Shown: positions 49,750 to 62,718, counted from the whole stretch's first letter. The stretch is 63,965 nucleotides of DNA, filler included, from Atractiella rhizophila (GCA_021432655.1; 14 parts of 13 records of this genome joined end to end with filler, not necessarily neighbours in it), one strand, 5' to 3'. The notes: a model not told the origin generated them from the letters alone. Numbers and translations: made by a program.

Positions 49750-52300
49750 TTCCCAGAAAAATAAGTCCCCTTCTGCGGCGCGAGCGAGTGCGAGGAAGGA
49801 TAGAAGGAGAAGGCGGAAGGAGGGTAAGAGGTTACGAAGCCGTTGAAGTTTCAGAAGACCAGGGAAGAAAGGAGCGAGTAGAGGGTGGAGGTAGAGCAGT
49901 AGTCAGTTCTACTAGAAGGAGAAGGGTAGGGGAAGAGGTTTCGAAGGGCTAAAGGCGAAGAAGCTACCTCCGTAGAGTAGTAGAAGGAGTAGTAGCAGGA
50001 GTTACTGGGCGAAGGAAAACTGTTTTTCCCATGCAAGCAGCAGGAACAGACCGCCGGACTGTCCACGTAAATTCCCAACACCTCCATTCCGCCCAACTAT
50101 AAAGAAGAAAAAACCAGCACTGAGCCGTAACACGTCCTGCCCCTCAAAACCAAGAAGTTGTTTCAGTTCCTCGACCAATGTGAAACGAGCCTCTCATAAT
50201 CGCTGAAAGGCATCGCCTACGCTGACATCTCCGTACTCACTGCCATACTTCATAATAGCGTATCTTCTGAGTGTCCGTTGCACAACATAGAGTCTGTCAA
50301 GAGGGTGTGGTTTAGTTCAAGAAGTCGTTTAAGGAAGAACCAGAACATCATGCGTACTCACTTTCCCAACGGTAAGCCCTCACAGTAGCAAGAGTAGCGG
50401 TTCTCGAGAGCAAGGGCGCGAGCTACTAGGAGAACTATGACAAACATGCGAAAGCTAAATACTACTCCGAAGGGTCGAAATCGAAGACGCAGAAAGCGGT
50501 AGCGGTTTAACAGTGCCATCGAGACCTGAGCAAAGTCTTAGACCGGATTCAGTTAACCCAATACCTACTGACCTAATACCTGTTTATACCAGTCTCCTCA
50601 GTAAACTCCCCTTAATTTCCCTGTTCAGCATGAAAACATCATTAGTCGTCGAAGACGGAAAAAGTGGAACAAGTCTTTACCTCAACGGTCGAGTACCGAG
50701 GCTTAAAGCAAGTGCTATGCGAGCTCGCAAAACATCTTTAGAAGGGTTCGAGATACAACGCGTCTCAACACGAGGTAGAGACACTCTCTTTGCTTACTTC
50801 GTTCTAACCCTAGGTAGATGGCAGAGGTCAATCGCCACTAACTTATTTGTGGGCTTCGGAGAGTGGGTCGAACAACATCGAAGGTGCCGTTCTCGGAACT
50901 CGAGACGAAGGGAGAGGTCACTATAAAACCATCATCGACCTCACGCCTCGAACGGTAATCACCGGGCTAATGAGCACACTGTTGCTGGGTCTAAGTTGCG
51001 TCAGGGTAATCCAACACGGCTTCATCTCCATACTCTCGACCAACTTCGCCTTCGTAACGACTAGTTCAGCTTCTCCATGATGTCATCGGTAGCCGTGGGT
51101 TGAAGTGTGTCCTGTCTTTCTGTGTGTGGAAGTACCAATTACGTTCGTTCAAGTCAGAAAGGGACTAGCATGAAGTTGGGAACCTTTCTGTTTCTGCGGC
51201 GCGTCTGTTCAGCAGGGTTCAGCTTATTGAAACTGGCCAAGAAAACTCTTTTGGCGGCCTCTACTTCACCCCCTTCCACGTCCTGCATTTTCGTTGCTAG
51301 GATCTCGATAGGATAGGCAGAAAACGGACCAAATCGGGTCGCAAACCACCAAACCAAATGAGCAATTGCACACCTCCTTCCGAGTTTGGACCTTGGAATA
51401 NNNNNNNNNNNNNNNNNNNNNNNNNNNNNNNNNNNNNNNNNNNNNNNNNNNNNNNNNNNNNNNNNNNNNNNNNNNNNNNNNNNNNNNNNNNNNNNNNNNN
51501 NNNNNNNNNNNNNNNNNNNNNNNNNNNNNNNNNNNNNNNNNNNNNNNNNNNNNNNNNNNNNNNNNNNNNNNNNNNNNNNNNNNNNNNNNNNNNNNNNNNN
51601 NNNNNNNNNNNNNNNNNNNNNNNNNNNNNNNNNNNNNNNNNNNNNNNNNNNNNNNNNNNNNNNNNNNNNNNNNNNNNNNNNNNNNNNNNNNNNNNNNNNN
51701 NNNNNNNNNNNNNNNNNNNNNNNNNNNNNNNNNNNNNNNNNNNNNNNNNNNNNNNNNNNNNNNNNNNNNNNNNNNNNNNNNNNNNNNNNNNNNNNNNNNN
51801 NNNNNNNNNNNNNNNNNNNNNNNNNNNNNNNNNNNNNNNNNNNNNNNNNNNNNNNNNNNNNNNNNNNNNNNTCGAGCGACCTCGTTGGGGTAACACCGCT
51901 GTCCACACCCTCATCCTATAGGACGTCATTCTTTAGTTTCTAACAGGGATAGGCTGCTTACGTTGTGTGGAGTAGGCAGTAGGAAGGGGGGCATCGCCAG
52001 CTGTATTTCGAAGTAACAAACGGGTTATAAACAAGTACATCAGTCGCCAGTATGATGTATGTTGTAGCTATCGGTAGAACAAACGCCGACGTTCTATGCA
52101 GTCAAAACTTACGCAGTCTTCCCTCTTGTATGGTAGTTTAGGTCGCACGACCGTATTAGCTCGCTATTGAACGACCTACCGTTCGAAAGGGCGGACTAGA
52201 CGATAGCTTCTACTCTTGCGAAGCCCTCCCTAAAAGCTCTAGCCCGAGTAGGGAGCCAGCCCCTAGGAAGAAACACTCTACTGCCCCTAGCACGATAAGT
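49750..52300. mobile_element. Heavily point-mutated repeat or TE debris of unassigned family (includes N gap 51401-51871)
   Basis: No long ORF; frequent TAG/CTA words in otherwise GC-balanced sequence; adjacent to an assembly gap. Confidence 0.45.
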
Positions 52301-52390
52301 AGATGTGAGTCGATCAAAGTGGAGTTCACTTTCACTTTCTAATGTCACCGAAACTTGTAGGGTTAGAATAATACATCAAACGCATACAGC

Positions 52391-53067
52391 AATACGTCAA
52401 GGACGACATCGAAAGGTACGGTGTTAAACTGAAGGACACTCAAGCGAAGCTCGAGAAAGCCTCAACTCAACTTCTCTCCGGTTACGAAGCTGCTCAAGTA
52501 ATTGGTGACGACCGTTTCTTCAGTCGTGACGGGGAGGCTCTGATCACCGGCGACTTCATGTACGATCTCGGCGAAGATTTCTTTGGCATTGGCGACTTGG
52601 GGCTCGACACAGACTTGGGTGGGAAGATGCGACTTGACATTCCCGTCTCCCTCTTCAGAGGCGACGGAAAGAGGGCAGACAAAGATTCGAACGACCTCCG
52701 CGCGCATCCTCACTCGCGGATTCGATTCCGAAAGCCTCCTCCCTTCGTTCCTCTGGACGAAAAAGCAATATCGAGCCAGATCGGACCGCTGCAGTCCATC
52801 TTCCGTGAGCGGTTGAAGACCGAGAAGGTGTTGAAAGAGGACGATCAGACCCTGGTCGGCAAAGCGAGATTGTTCAGGGCCAAGGTGCCGCCTGGTGGGA
52901 AGATTCCCATCAAGAAGAAACCAGAGCCGAAAGCGGGTGCGAAACTGAAGAAGACGAGAGTTGCAACTTTGAAAGCAGAGGCGAACACGTCGAAGAAGAA
53001 GAAGCAGAAGGGGAAGGAACTTGCAAAATTACCGGTGGTGATGGAGGAGACGGAACCACTGGGCTGA
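52391..53067 (+). CDS. SPT7: SAGA subunit Spt7 C-terminal exon, with no upstream exons visible
   Basis: QYVKDDIERYGVKL, GDFMYDLGEDFFGIGDLGLD, LDIPVSLF, PPPFVPL...QIGPL, RAKVPPGGKI. Confidence 0.75.
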
Positions 53068-53527
53068 CATTCAAAACCAGAGAACATGTTGTGCTGATTT
53101 GTTTCACGATTGTTGTTTCTCTTTCCACTTGCGATTCAACTTTTCTGGGTTCCGACCCTTCGTTGTTTTAATAGGAGTCAGATTCTAGAGATGCTTTGTG
53201 TGGAAATCCATTGAATTTCTTGCGTGCACCTCAATCTTTCTGGCCAGCTACATCCACAAAACTCACAGGGTATATGCATAAAACTCACATGGAAAGGTCT
53301 AGCTGTATGTTCCGTCTGCAGTCTAGACTTTGACATCTACTCCTTCTTTTCCCTTGCATCCAATCGCTCAACCCACGGGAACCAGTTGCCTCTGAGCGTG
53401 AATCGATCTTGTCCTTCGTTAATACAGNNNNNNNNNNNNNNNNNNNNNNNNNNNNNNNNNNNNNNNNNNNNTTAATTAATTAANNNNNNNNNNNNNNNNN
53501 NNNNNNNNNNNNNNNNNNNNNNNNNNN

Positions 53528-54135
53528 AAGAACATCTTTGAGGCAATGCCGAAATTTGCTGCTCAGGAAGGAGTCGGAGGATTTTACAAGTCCCTGCCTT
53601 CGCTGTGGGCACGTCAAATTCCCTATACCATCATGTTAGTCACATTCGTCTGTCAATACAACAAGGTACCACGTGCTAACGCGAATGGGGTATTAGGAAG
53701 TTCTGGTCCTTCGAGGCTACCGTTGCCAAGATTTACGAGACCCTCGGAAAACCAAAATCCGACTACTCCAAGTTTGAGCAACTCCAAATCTCCTTCCTTG
53801 GTGGTTACATTGCCGGAGTCTTCTGCGCCGTCGTCTCCCACCCAGCCGACGTCATGGTCTCCGTACGCATTTCCTTGCTGTCAACTTGTTCCATGTCCCT
53901 GATCGTTGATGGTGTGTGACAGAAACTGAACGCTAAGACGACTGACGGCCCGAAGACGGTCGGAGCCATCTACAAGCAGATTGGATTCGGTGGGCTCTGG
54001 GCCGGTCTTGGAACGAGGATTATCATGATTGGTACCCTCACCGGTCTCCAATGGTTGATCTACGACTATGTCAAGGTCCTCTTTGGCCTCCCCACGACAG
54101 GAGCTGCCCAGCCCGCCGCCCAGAAGGCTGCTTAA
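53528..54135 (+). CDS. PIC2: Mitochondrial phosphate carrier, 3' part
   Basis: [49 protein letters not shown]. Confidence 0.9.
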
Positions 54136-54755
54136 TTGAAGCCGCTGGCATTGGCTAGGAGGACGGGGAGGAGGAGGATAGAGTAGAAGATCCCAGTTTA
54201 TGATTTCGAAGAGGGAGGACAAGATGAACTTTCGTTATTACCATCCATTCATCGTTTGAGATGACTGATTGATACATATCGATGATTTTAGATTTTTCTT
54301 TTTCATTTATTCTATTCTCCTTTCTTTCTGCACTTGCAATTCAAAAGTCATTTTGATCATTTTCACCCTTTCAAGACACGATAGAGCAATGATCATCCCG
54401 TACGATAATACACACCACTCTTCATCGTTCCCTCAGATCTGTTTGATGGCATGCGAGCGAGCGACAGTGGCTTTCGTTTTAATTTCATGGCTGCCCTACC
54501 CTGGCGGCATGTGTCATGGATTGAATCTGTGACTTGTAGCTGAACAGAAGAAGGAACCGAGGAGCTGAAACGAACAATGAGGTAGCAATTTCTGGTAATT
54601 TCAGAAGAGAAAAAGGGCAGAAGACGAAGATATCCGACAGCAATTGGGGTAAGAATGAAACAGATCGAAGACCAAAGAGAGGCAAAACGACGGGAGAAGG
54701 GGTGGTATTAGTCCATGATTTCTTTCGAATGTTCGTTGGGGACTGATTGTCGGTA

Positions 54756-55050
54756 TCAGAGTGGACGAGTCAAGGCAGGATCGATTACGATATCTCCCTG
54801 TTCGTTCGTCCAGCTGAAATTTGGGAGGAGAGCCGCCTCGTCTCCTTGTTCTTGGCTGGTGGAACCATCCAACGTACCAGCGACGGCATCGGAGATGACA
54901 CGCTCCACGCTTGCATTCATCCCATCCATCCCACTCCCCTCCAAACCCACAGCGATATCTGGTTTCGCTTCCATCCCAGGCTCCATCTCTCCTGTGCCCT
55001 CTAATTGCTTGTCAAGTCCGACCGGAAGAGAAAGCGAGGAATTGTTTTCG
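54756..55050 (-). CDS. Hypothetical protein, acidic C-terminus
   Basis: Open frame from the linker to IVIDPALTRPL*. Confidence 0.45.
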
Positions 55051-55150
55051 NNNNNNNNNNNNNNNNNNNNNNNNNNNNNNNNNNNNNNNNNNNNTTAATT
55101 AATTAANNNNNNNNNNNNNNNNNNNNNNNNNNNNNNNNNNNNNNNNNNNN

Positions 55151-56593
55151 GCGGTCAGAGGTTCGAATCCTTGACTGTCGAAGCTTGACGAAATACAAAA
55201 CCCGAAGTTGAGACGTTTGGCAGCGCAAGAACCTTTTGTGAATGACGAGGAACTAAAATACGAGCTGGAGAATCTGCCTGCGATGGACATCTCTTGGATG
55301 TCAGGGATCATGTGACCTGATGTGAGGAGAAAGTCCAAGACCTCGAAACACTTCTCTACAGAGATGTCGAGCGTTCGCGGTTGTGTCATCTGCAGGAAAG
55401 ATTTGAGTTCCTCTGGGGATTTGAATGTCGTTACGTTGGTGTCAAGTCGCATGAGCCTCTGAGGACGCAATGCAGGATCGAATACAAGTTGTGCCATCCC
55501 AATCGATAAGTCCTCGGTACTGCCACGGATTGTCAATCTCTGCAAATGCTGGAAGTTACATTGGAACTCTCGAGCTCGAGCTTGCGTATCCTGCGTCATC
55601 GACGTGATTGGGACGTTTTTCAGCTTCAATCTCGCCAAGCGCGATGAGAGGTGGAGGTCGGGGAAAGAATCAACCTGGTTTCCTAAGAAGTCTGTGGACA
55701 GTTTAAGCGTCACCAAATGTGGCAAGACCGGAGCGACAAGTTGATCTTCTCCCAACATAACGCAACCAGACGTCTTCAGAATGCCCATCTATGTCCAGCT
55801 CTTCCAGAGTGTCTTTGACGAGGTGGAGGAGGGGGAAGAACGCATGCCAGAATTGAAGATATGTTTCACTGTCGAAGGACGCTGATCGAAATGCTGTAAG
55901 AGACTTAAGAGTCCTCGCCGATGCCGAGAAAAAAGCCAGGTCTGGAGGTAGAATAGCGCTGATAATGAGTTCGTAGAGTGTAAACGGAGCTGGGGAGGAC
56001 AGTGATGCATAAATATCTCGTAAGTGGAGGTATCACAAATATTTGCATTCTTCTAGACCGGTAAACCAATTTTGAAGAACTGGATCGGTCATACCGCTAC
56101 TCGTTCGCACCCAAAGACGTCTTAAATTCGAGGGCAATCGAATACGAGCTTCTGGCGCTGGACGCTTCATCCACCACAGCATGACATCCATAGTTAGCAG
56201 CTGATCTCCTACGGACGTTAAGACTTCGCTGAAAACATCCCAAAGCGCAGCCCAATTTACGTCTTCCGATTCTTGCGACGATTTTGGAAAGTTAACAAAC
56301 AGATGCTTAATGTTGGCTCGACGCGTGGGCGACTGGCGTATGAACGAAAGAATCCCGTCCATATTTGCCGTAGAAAGTCTAAGTAACCAATGGACATAGG
56401 GTAGGGAGAGCTCGCTCCATTGTTTGCACACCAGCGAGCAAGGTAGGATTTGGCTATTCGAACAAGTGATCAACCAGACAGATGGCAGATGCCTATCGCG
56501 CGTGTAATCTCGTCGTTCTTCGATCCAGTGCACGGCAAGTATTTCGAATATCTGGAGTAGCAGCTCAGCAGGTAGCGACTTAATCGACGCCAT
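55151..56593 (-). pseudogene. F-box/LRR protein pseudogene
   Basis: SLPAELLLQIF...CSLVCKQW and LRR-like units. In-frame TGA at 56033-56035 (KYL*YLHL) and a frameshift near 55770. Confidence 0.75.
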
Positions 56594-58579
56594 CAGACAG
56601 CCTGTCTTAAATGTAAACTCATTAGTGCCGCTCGATGAAGGTGCGAGCATAAAGAGGGAAAAGGTACGTACTGACTTCCAAGCTACAGTACTTTCAACGA
56701 TTTCGGTCTACCAGCACACCCGTCGCCTCAGGGTTAGGACTTTGCGCCGTCCCATCTGTCGATTTTTGTCGCTGGGGCGGTAACGGGACTGCGTTCACTC
56801 CTCCGGTCCTGGATGCGTGCTTGATCTAGCAGTAACCCGTTTCCTTATATACCTTTCTTCATTCAGAGTTAAAAAATTTCCCCCAATCCCTCTCTTAACC
56901 ACTCAACCTTCTTTCCTCGAACCATCCTCTCTAGCCTCCTTCTAGTCCCAAACCCCATAAGCCTCCAACCTTCATTCCCATCCACCTAACTTCGCCTCCC
57001 ACTCTTCTCTGAAACAACCGGCCGACCAATCCCACGCCGAAATCCGCCTTCCTTCAGCGCCGGCCGACCAAATCAATCCCGAAATCCGCCCACTATTAAT
57101 CACTTAATGTGATTATTGAGAGAGCACACGGTTCGCTCTAGGGAAGCATCAGGATCGCTTTCGTCTTTGCAAACTCCCAATCGATCAGATACCCCTTCGG
57201 TTCTTCTTCAATTGGGCAAGAATGATGTTGCCAAAAGCAGCATGCCGAGGTTGTGCAGGCCCAACCATAATGCATGACACATCAGATTCATTTCCGATGA
57301 AGACAAGAGCATCTCTAAAAGCTCATAACTGGACCCATGTGTGTTAAGCGACCATCCGACTTTATTCAAACCAAGCCGATAGTAGAGAGGGTTAGGAAAT
57401 TCAAAAAAGTTTGTTGAATTTTCAAATAAATTGTAAAATGCAATAGGAATGTAGAAATACAATCACTGAGCTCGTAGCCGCAATTCTGTTCTTGCTGTGG
57501 TTGCTGTGGTCTGAGGGAGAGCTGTTTGAAGTCTTGGAATTTTGAGGGGACATAAATCACGTGCGGCAATTTCTGGGAACGACATTCAGCATCCACATGC
57601 CATCAAGTCCAACTACAACTAGGTCAGGGAGGCGTTGCAAGCCCCCCAATACCTATTCTCGTTGAGTATTATTCTCTCCACTGTATGGTTACTAAACTTT
57701 GACAGCTTCTCATGTCAAGAATATCCTCCTCTTCTGTACAACTTTCGAGTATGTTGACAATGGAGCTTCTAGCAGGGGCTTGAGAGCCAAATAGCATTCC
57801 GTGCAGGGTAGTAGAGAGCATTGGCGAAGGAGTTTTGGTTGATGCTGGTTGACCTAGTGAACACTACAGGAAAAACTACTGCACATCTACAGCCGGATGC
57901 TGCAAGGCTGCTATATCTTCCTTGAAATCCACTCAATCGGCCTCAGAATCACTTTATAGACATCCATGGAGCCTCAAATACCTATTAGGATATAGAAAAC
58001 TATGTGTTGCAATTTTTGAATTTCCGACTCTGACAAGCGACATCCCACACATTGTTGTTGCTTTAGCCAAATATTGAAGTCCACGTCTGGTTTGACTTCT
58101 ATTCCGTTACGAAAGACATGGTAGAAAGTCGTTTGCCCGCCAGAATGCCATTTCCAAGTAGACAGACTGTTGCAAGATGGGTTCTTAAAGTGGGGAAGTT
58201 TAGTACATTTGTTGTTTCTATCTTTCTTAGAGGTAACACTTATTGAGAGAGTAGCAAATAAATATGAAAGTCGCTTCATTTGACAACTTTGCCTTTCTTG
58301 CAATTACAGCACAATATATCCATGAAGAAGGGGACTCTGAAGATATTCTTTTGGACTTTCAAGAACTGGATTGACCATATAGGAGAGAAAACGTGATCAA
58401 ATGTCATGACGAGGATTGAGAATGTGCACAAGTTATCAAATATGGGAAGTCCTCCTAGAATCTCCAAAACTACCAAGCAAACATAATCCCACAAAGCAGC
58501 ACAAAATACACGGTATATCTCCGAAACTGGACACTTTTGGGCGTGACGGGGGCAAAAGTATTCAATACGATGGTATGCA

Positions 58580-60800
58580 GGGCGAGGACAAAGCAATGGT
58601 GCGGTCGCGTGAGGCTACTTCCCAGATGCATAAGCATTGCACCAGTCGCGTATCTGAAGAGACAAAAGTAGCTGTGCAGGCGATCCTCGTCATCATCGTC
58701 CTGGAACTGGAGGTATGCTTGGTTTCGTGGGGGCGAAGATGGAAGTCGAGGCGGATAGCGGCTTCTGAGAGCTCCGCACCAATCGCCATATTCGACACTG
58801 GCTTGATAGCGGGCGGAGCAAAGCGTGCATGGTCGGTCATGAGAGCGACTGGATGCTTTGAGCCGTATCCACCTCAAGATGAACGGACGAGTCGTGAGCT
58901 TGGAAATTATTTCACCTATGATGGGCACAAAGAGGTAGTAGTAGCCTGGCATGCCGGCCCAGAATAGGACGTAGTAAGTCAGCGTCGCTAACACGATAGG
59001 CACGGCTATCGGTTTCTCATTCGGTGGCACAGTGAATGGTTGTATCAAGGTTGTATTCGACCACGGCTATGGCGATGCACACGGCGGCTCCCTCCTGAGT
59101 CGGTCCGTCAACTTGAAATCGCACTGGCGAGACCGGTTGCAGTTGTTTCAGCATTGCTGGCAGCGGTGCTGCTGCCAAGTGTTTGGTCATTTTCGCCTTC
59201 ATCGCTTGAATTAGAAGACCTTGGTACTGGCTCAGCAGCCTGTCGCTGCAACCGTTCTTCCCACGCCGCCTTCACGTTCGCTTTATAAAGCTCGACCAAA
59301 TAAGAAGTGAGGGCCCCCATCGCAAGGACGAAGAACGTTTGGAGGTAGAAACTCGCCCTCTCCTCGGTGATCACATCAACATACATCAGAACGGTAACGA
59401 ACTCCACGCCAATGAAGTTCAACATGTGGATATATTCCACTAGCCGCAGGTCTTTGATCGAGGCCAGCGCTCTGTACTCTGGTGTCAGATAGCAGCCTTT
59501 CGAGATATCGAGCAAACGGCCTTGAGCATCGCAGCACGGGCAAAGAATACGGGTGGCGAAGTCATTCACGGCAAAACCCTGGCAGTTATCGAACCAGCAG
59601 TGGTAAAACGGTGCATGGCGCATCAAATCGTATCCTGTTAAATGCAATAGTAATCAGCGATCGCCTTATACTAGTCAGGAAAGTGGGTGGGAACAGTGGA
59701 AAGGCTTTACTACTGACCCACTTTATCCAGATCATCATCGCTAAAATGGGTAGCGCCGATGGGGATCGACTGCATGACTGGACATTCATCCCTTTCTTCC
59801 AGTGAGCGCACGGGTTTGAATTCCGGAGGGCCAAAAAACCCAGGCCCTCTCTTTAGATCGTAGTAGGACTCACCAATCTTGATGCCCCAATGAGTCGTGT
59901 TTACACAGGTAAACGCTCGAAAGAGCCTCGAGCGGAGCAGACCAGCGGTCCACCACTCTTCCGCTTTGGATATCGCCAGACAAGATATCACCACTTCCAC
60001 AGGCCGGGTTTGGAGTGTGAGTAGACTCCCAGGTAATCCATCCCAGAACCTCTGGATTGTTTCGATGGCTTGTAAGGTGTCGTCTTGATCTCTAGAATTT
60101 GAAGAACCTTGCGTGTACGCTTTGGCATCAGTGACAGAAGGTGGCTCAAAGCATAAACGATTATTGGGAAACTTTAATGTTAGTACTAGAAAGAGCGATC
60201 TACATCAACCTTCAGGGTCGGGGCAGGATTGGTGTTGCATCACCTTGATCTTTCTCTTCGACACAACGGGCACAATTCCTGAGCAGCTCACACACTTTTT
60301 GACTTGTCCAAGCTGCATATTTGACGTTCCAGAGACTCTATCATTCATATGAAGCACTCTCATAGCGTTGTCCATGCTACATACCTGTTGACACAGAGAA
60401 TGCACATCGGGGTCCGAGGCAATAGCAACTTCGGCATCAGGATGCAACTGTTGGCATGAGCACAAGGGATCGCTTTGGAAGATACGGCGAACCATCAACA
60501 TGGCGTCGAGAAGAATTTCCAGGCAGTCCGTAACCTAGCAGAAATCAGGGTGCCACCAGAAGCGAATAGCGGAGGAACGCACGAGCCTCCCGCTCGATTC
60601 ATCCCAAGATAATTCGTCTATGCCCTCATCAGGATCGTCATCCGATGGAAATGATGGCCTTGATCCGCCAGCTTTCACCAGGCGAGGGAGCACTCTTCCT
60701 AAATGTTGTTCTGCTAATAAACAGCGTTTGATCTCCAACTTCAAGGCCCTTGTCCTCGAGAGAGGTGCTGGGGATTGAGAAGATCCCTTTTCCTGGGTGA
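58580..60800 (-). pseudogene. Membrane protein with a permuted papain-like (PPPDE/LRAT-type) domain, probably disrupted
   Basis: THWGIKIG...YHCWFDNCQGF followed by TM segments. In-frame TAG at 60535-60537 and frame breaks near 59050-59110. Confidence 0.55.
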
Positions 60801-61224
60801 AAGTAAGAACTTCATTGACAGTGTTTTCAGCTACATCTAAACGAACGCGGTTTGTGTGTGGTTGGTCCAGTCAACACAGATGGCCCTGCAATATCTCCGT
60901 AATCACGTCGGATTTCGAAACCTGCCTCTTGAATGCCAACGTTAAGGCCAAAGCTCCAATATAAGGATATTTACTATTATTACTTTAATTATTATATAAG
61001 ATATGATAGATATTTAATGAGGAGATAAAGAATATATATAGAATAAGGANNNNNNNNNNNNNNNNNNNNNNNNNNNNNNNNNNNNNNNNNNNNTTAATTA
61101 ATTAANNNNNNNNNNNNNNNNNNNNNNNNNNNNNNNNNNNNNNNNNNNNAAAAGGACGGGTGACCATTACATTTGTTCCTGTAAGCATTGCCAACAGTAT
61201 TTCAGACGTAAATACTGGCTGACA

Positions 61225-62221
61225 GCATTGGCAAACAAGGTCCGGCATGGAAGATGCAGAAAGGTACCTCCATTCACATTCAAACAACTTGGGATCTGAA
61301 TAAATATTTATTTTAAGGTAAACTACCGAACGAAAGGACTTGTAAACATCTCAAGCAGGTCCTCTCTGAAGCCTACGAAGAAGAACGTCTCAAGCAATAC
61401 GCCGATACGCATGCTCAGCGTCCGCCGGAGAAGAACGTTACCTCCAAACCTGCCTCTAAAGCGAAACCTGCCTCAAAATCTGGTACAACGAAGCCAGTCT
61501 CAAAGACCACTCGCACCACGCGCGGGAAAGTAAAGACTGAAGAGGACGAGGGAGAGGCTGAAGAAGAAGAGGAAGCTCCGAAGAAACCTACCTCGAGAAC
61601 CACGAGAGCGACTCGCGGGAAAGCAAAAGTAGAAGAGGAAGAAGAAGAAGCAGAATGGCCGCCGAAGCGGTCAAGGTCTAAGCCCCCATCGAAGTCAGAC
61701 AGCAAACCTCCTTCAAAGTCGTCTAAACCTCCTTCAAAGACCGCGGCCACTCGAGTCCCGCGTGGGAAAACGCCAAAAGTTGAAGAAGAAGATGAGCAGG
61801 CGGAAGAAGCGGCTGATGAGGCGATGGATGTCGACGACGAAGATAGGGAAGATGATCCTGTGTGGAACATCAACGGCGTAAAGCCTTTGAAGAAGCTTAA
61901 GGATCAGGAATTTGTGGAAGTTGAAGGCTCTGGCTCGTCCAAATATAAAGTAAAGAGGATCAACGATCATTACAGCTGCACCTGTCCTGCGTGGGCATTT
62001 TTGAAGGGTATCAATGTGGACTGCCGCTCATGCAAGCATTGCAAAGCCGTCTTAGGAGAAGAGTCCGTCGTGTTTCTGCTTCGTTTTACCTGACGGATCG
62101 CGCTGAATATCTTTGTGACGGGTTAAAGATACGAGAAAGCGCGATTGGAAGCGAAGGGAGTCGAAGTACCGACCTCGCCTGTGAAAGGGAAAGGGAAGAG
62201 GAAAGCTGCTGATTCGGATTC
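61225..62221 (+). CDS. N-terminal region with two SWIM-like zinc fingers, probably of the DNA ligase below
   Basis: PAWKMQK...RTCKHL...YEEER, then a Lys/Glu-rich linker, then YSCTCPAW...RSCKHC..VLGEEYEKAR. Confidence 0.75.
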
Positions 62222-62347
62222 NNNNNNNNNNNNNNNNNNNNNNNNNNNNNNNNNNNNNNNNNNNNTTAATTAATTAANNNNNNNNNNNNNNNNNNNNNNN
62301 NNNNNNNNNNNNNNNNNNNNNTTTTTCTAATTAACATTGCTGTATAG

Positions 62348-62718
62348 GGAAAGTATGCAGGAATGACAGGCTCCTTGAAATGTAAGATGGAATCCGGACA
62401 GGAATTCCAGGTTGGCTCTGGAATGAACGATGATCTGCGAAAGAAGCCTCCCAAGGTCCGCATAACCTGTTCTCTTGTTTTCAGAAAAGGCTTACCGAGA
62501 AATGCATAGATTGGAACCATTATCAATTACAGATTCCAGGAGATCACAAAGGTGTGTCGTGCTTCTTCACCCTTATTATCACAGCAATGACAGCATAATA
62601 GGATGGCGTTCCGAGATTCCCCACGTTCCTTGGGATTAGAATTGATATGAAGAAACCCAAAGACTACGTCTTTCCTGCGAAAAAGTCTTCCAACCAGAAG
62701 AACGACGACTCAGATTGA
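62348..62718 (+). CDS. ATP-dependent DNA ligase C-terminal OB domain (minimal LigE/viral-type)
   Basis: Spliced GKYAGMTGSLKCKMESGQEFQVGSGM...PPKIGTIINYRFQEITKDGVPRFPTFLGIR (motif VI, PRFP). Confidence 0.88.
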
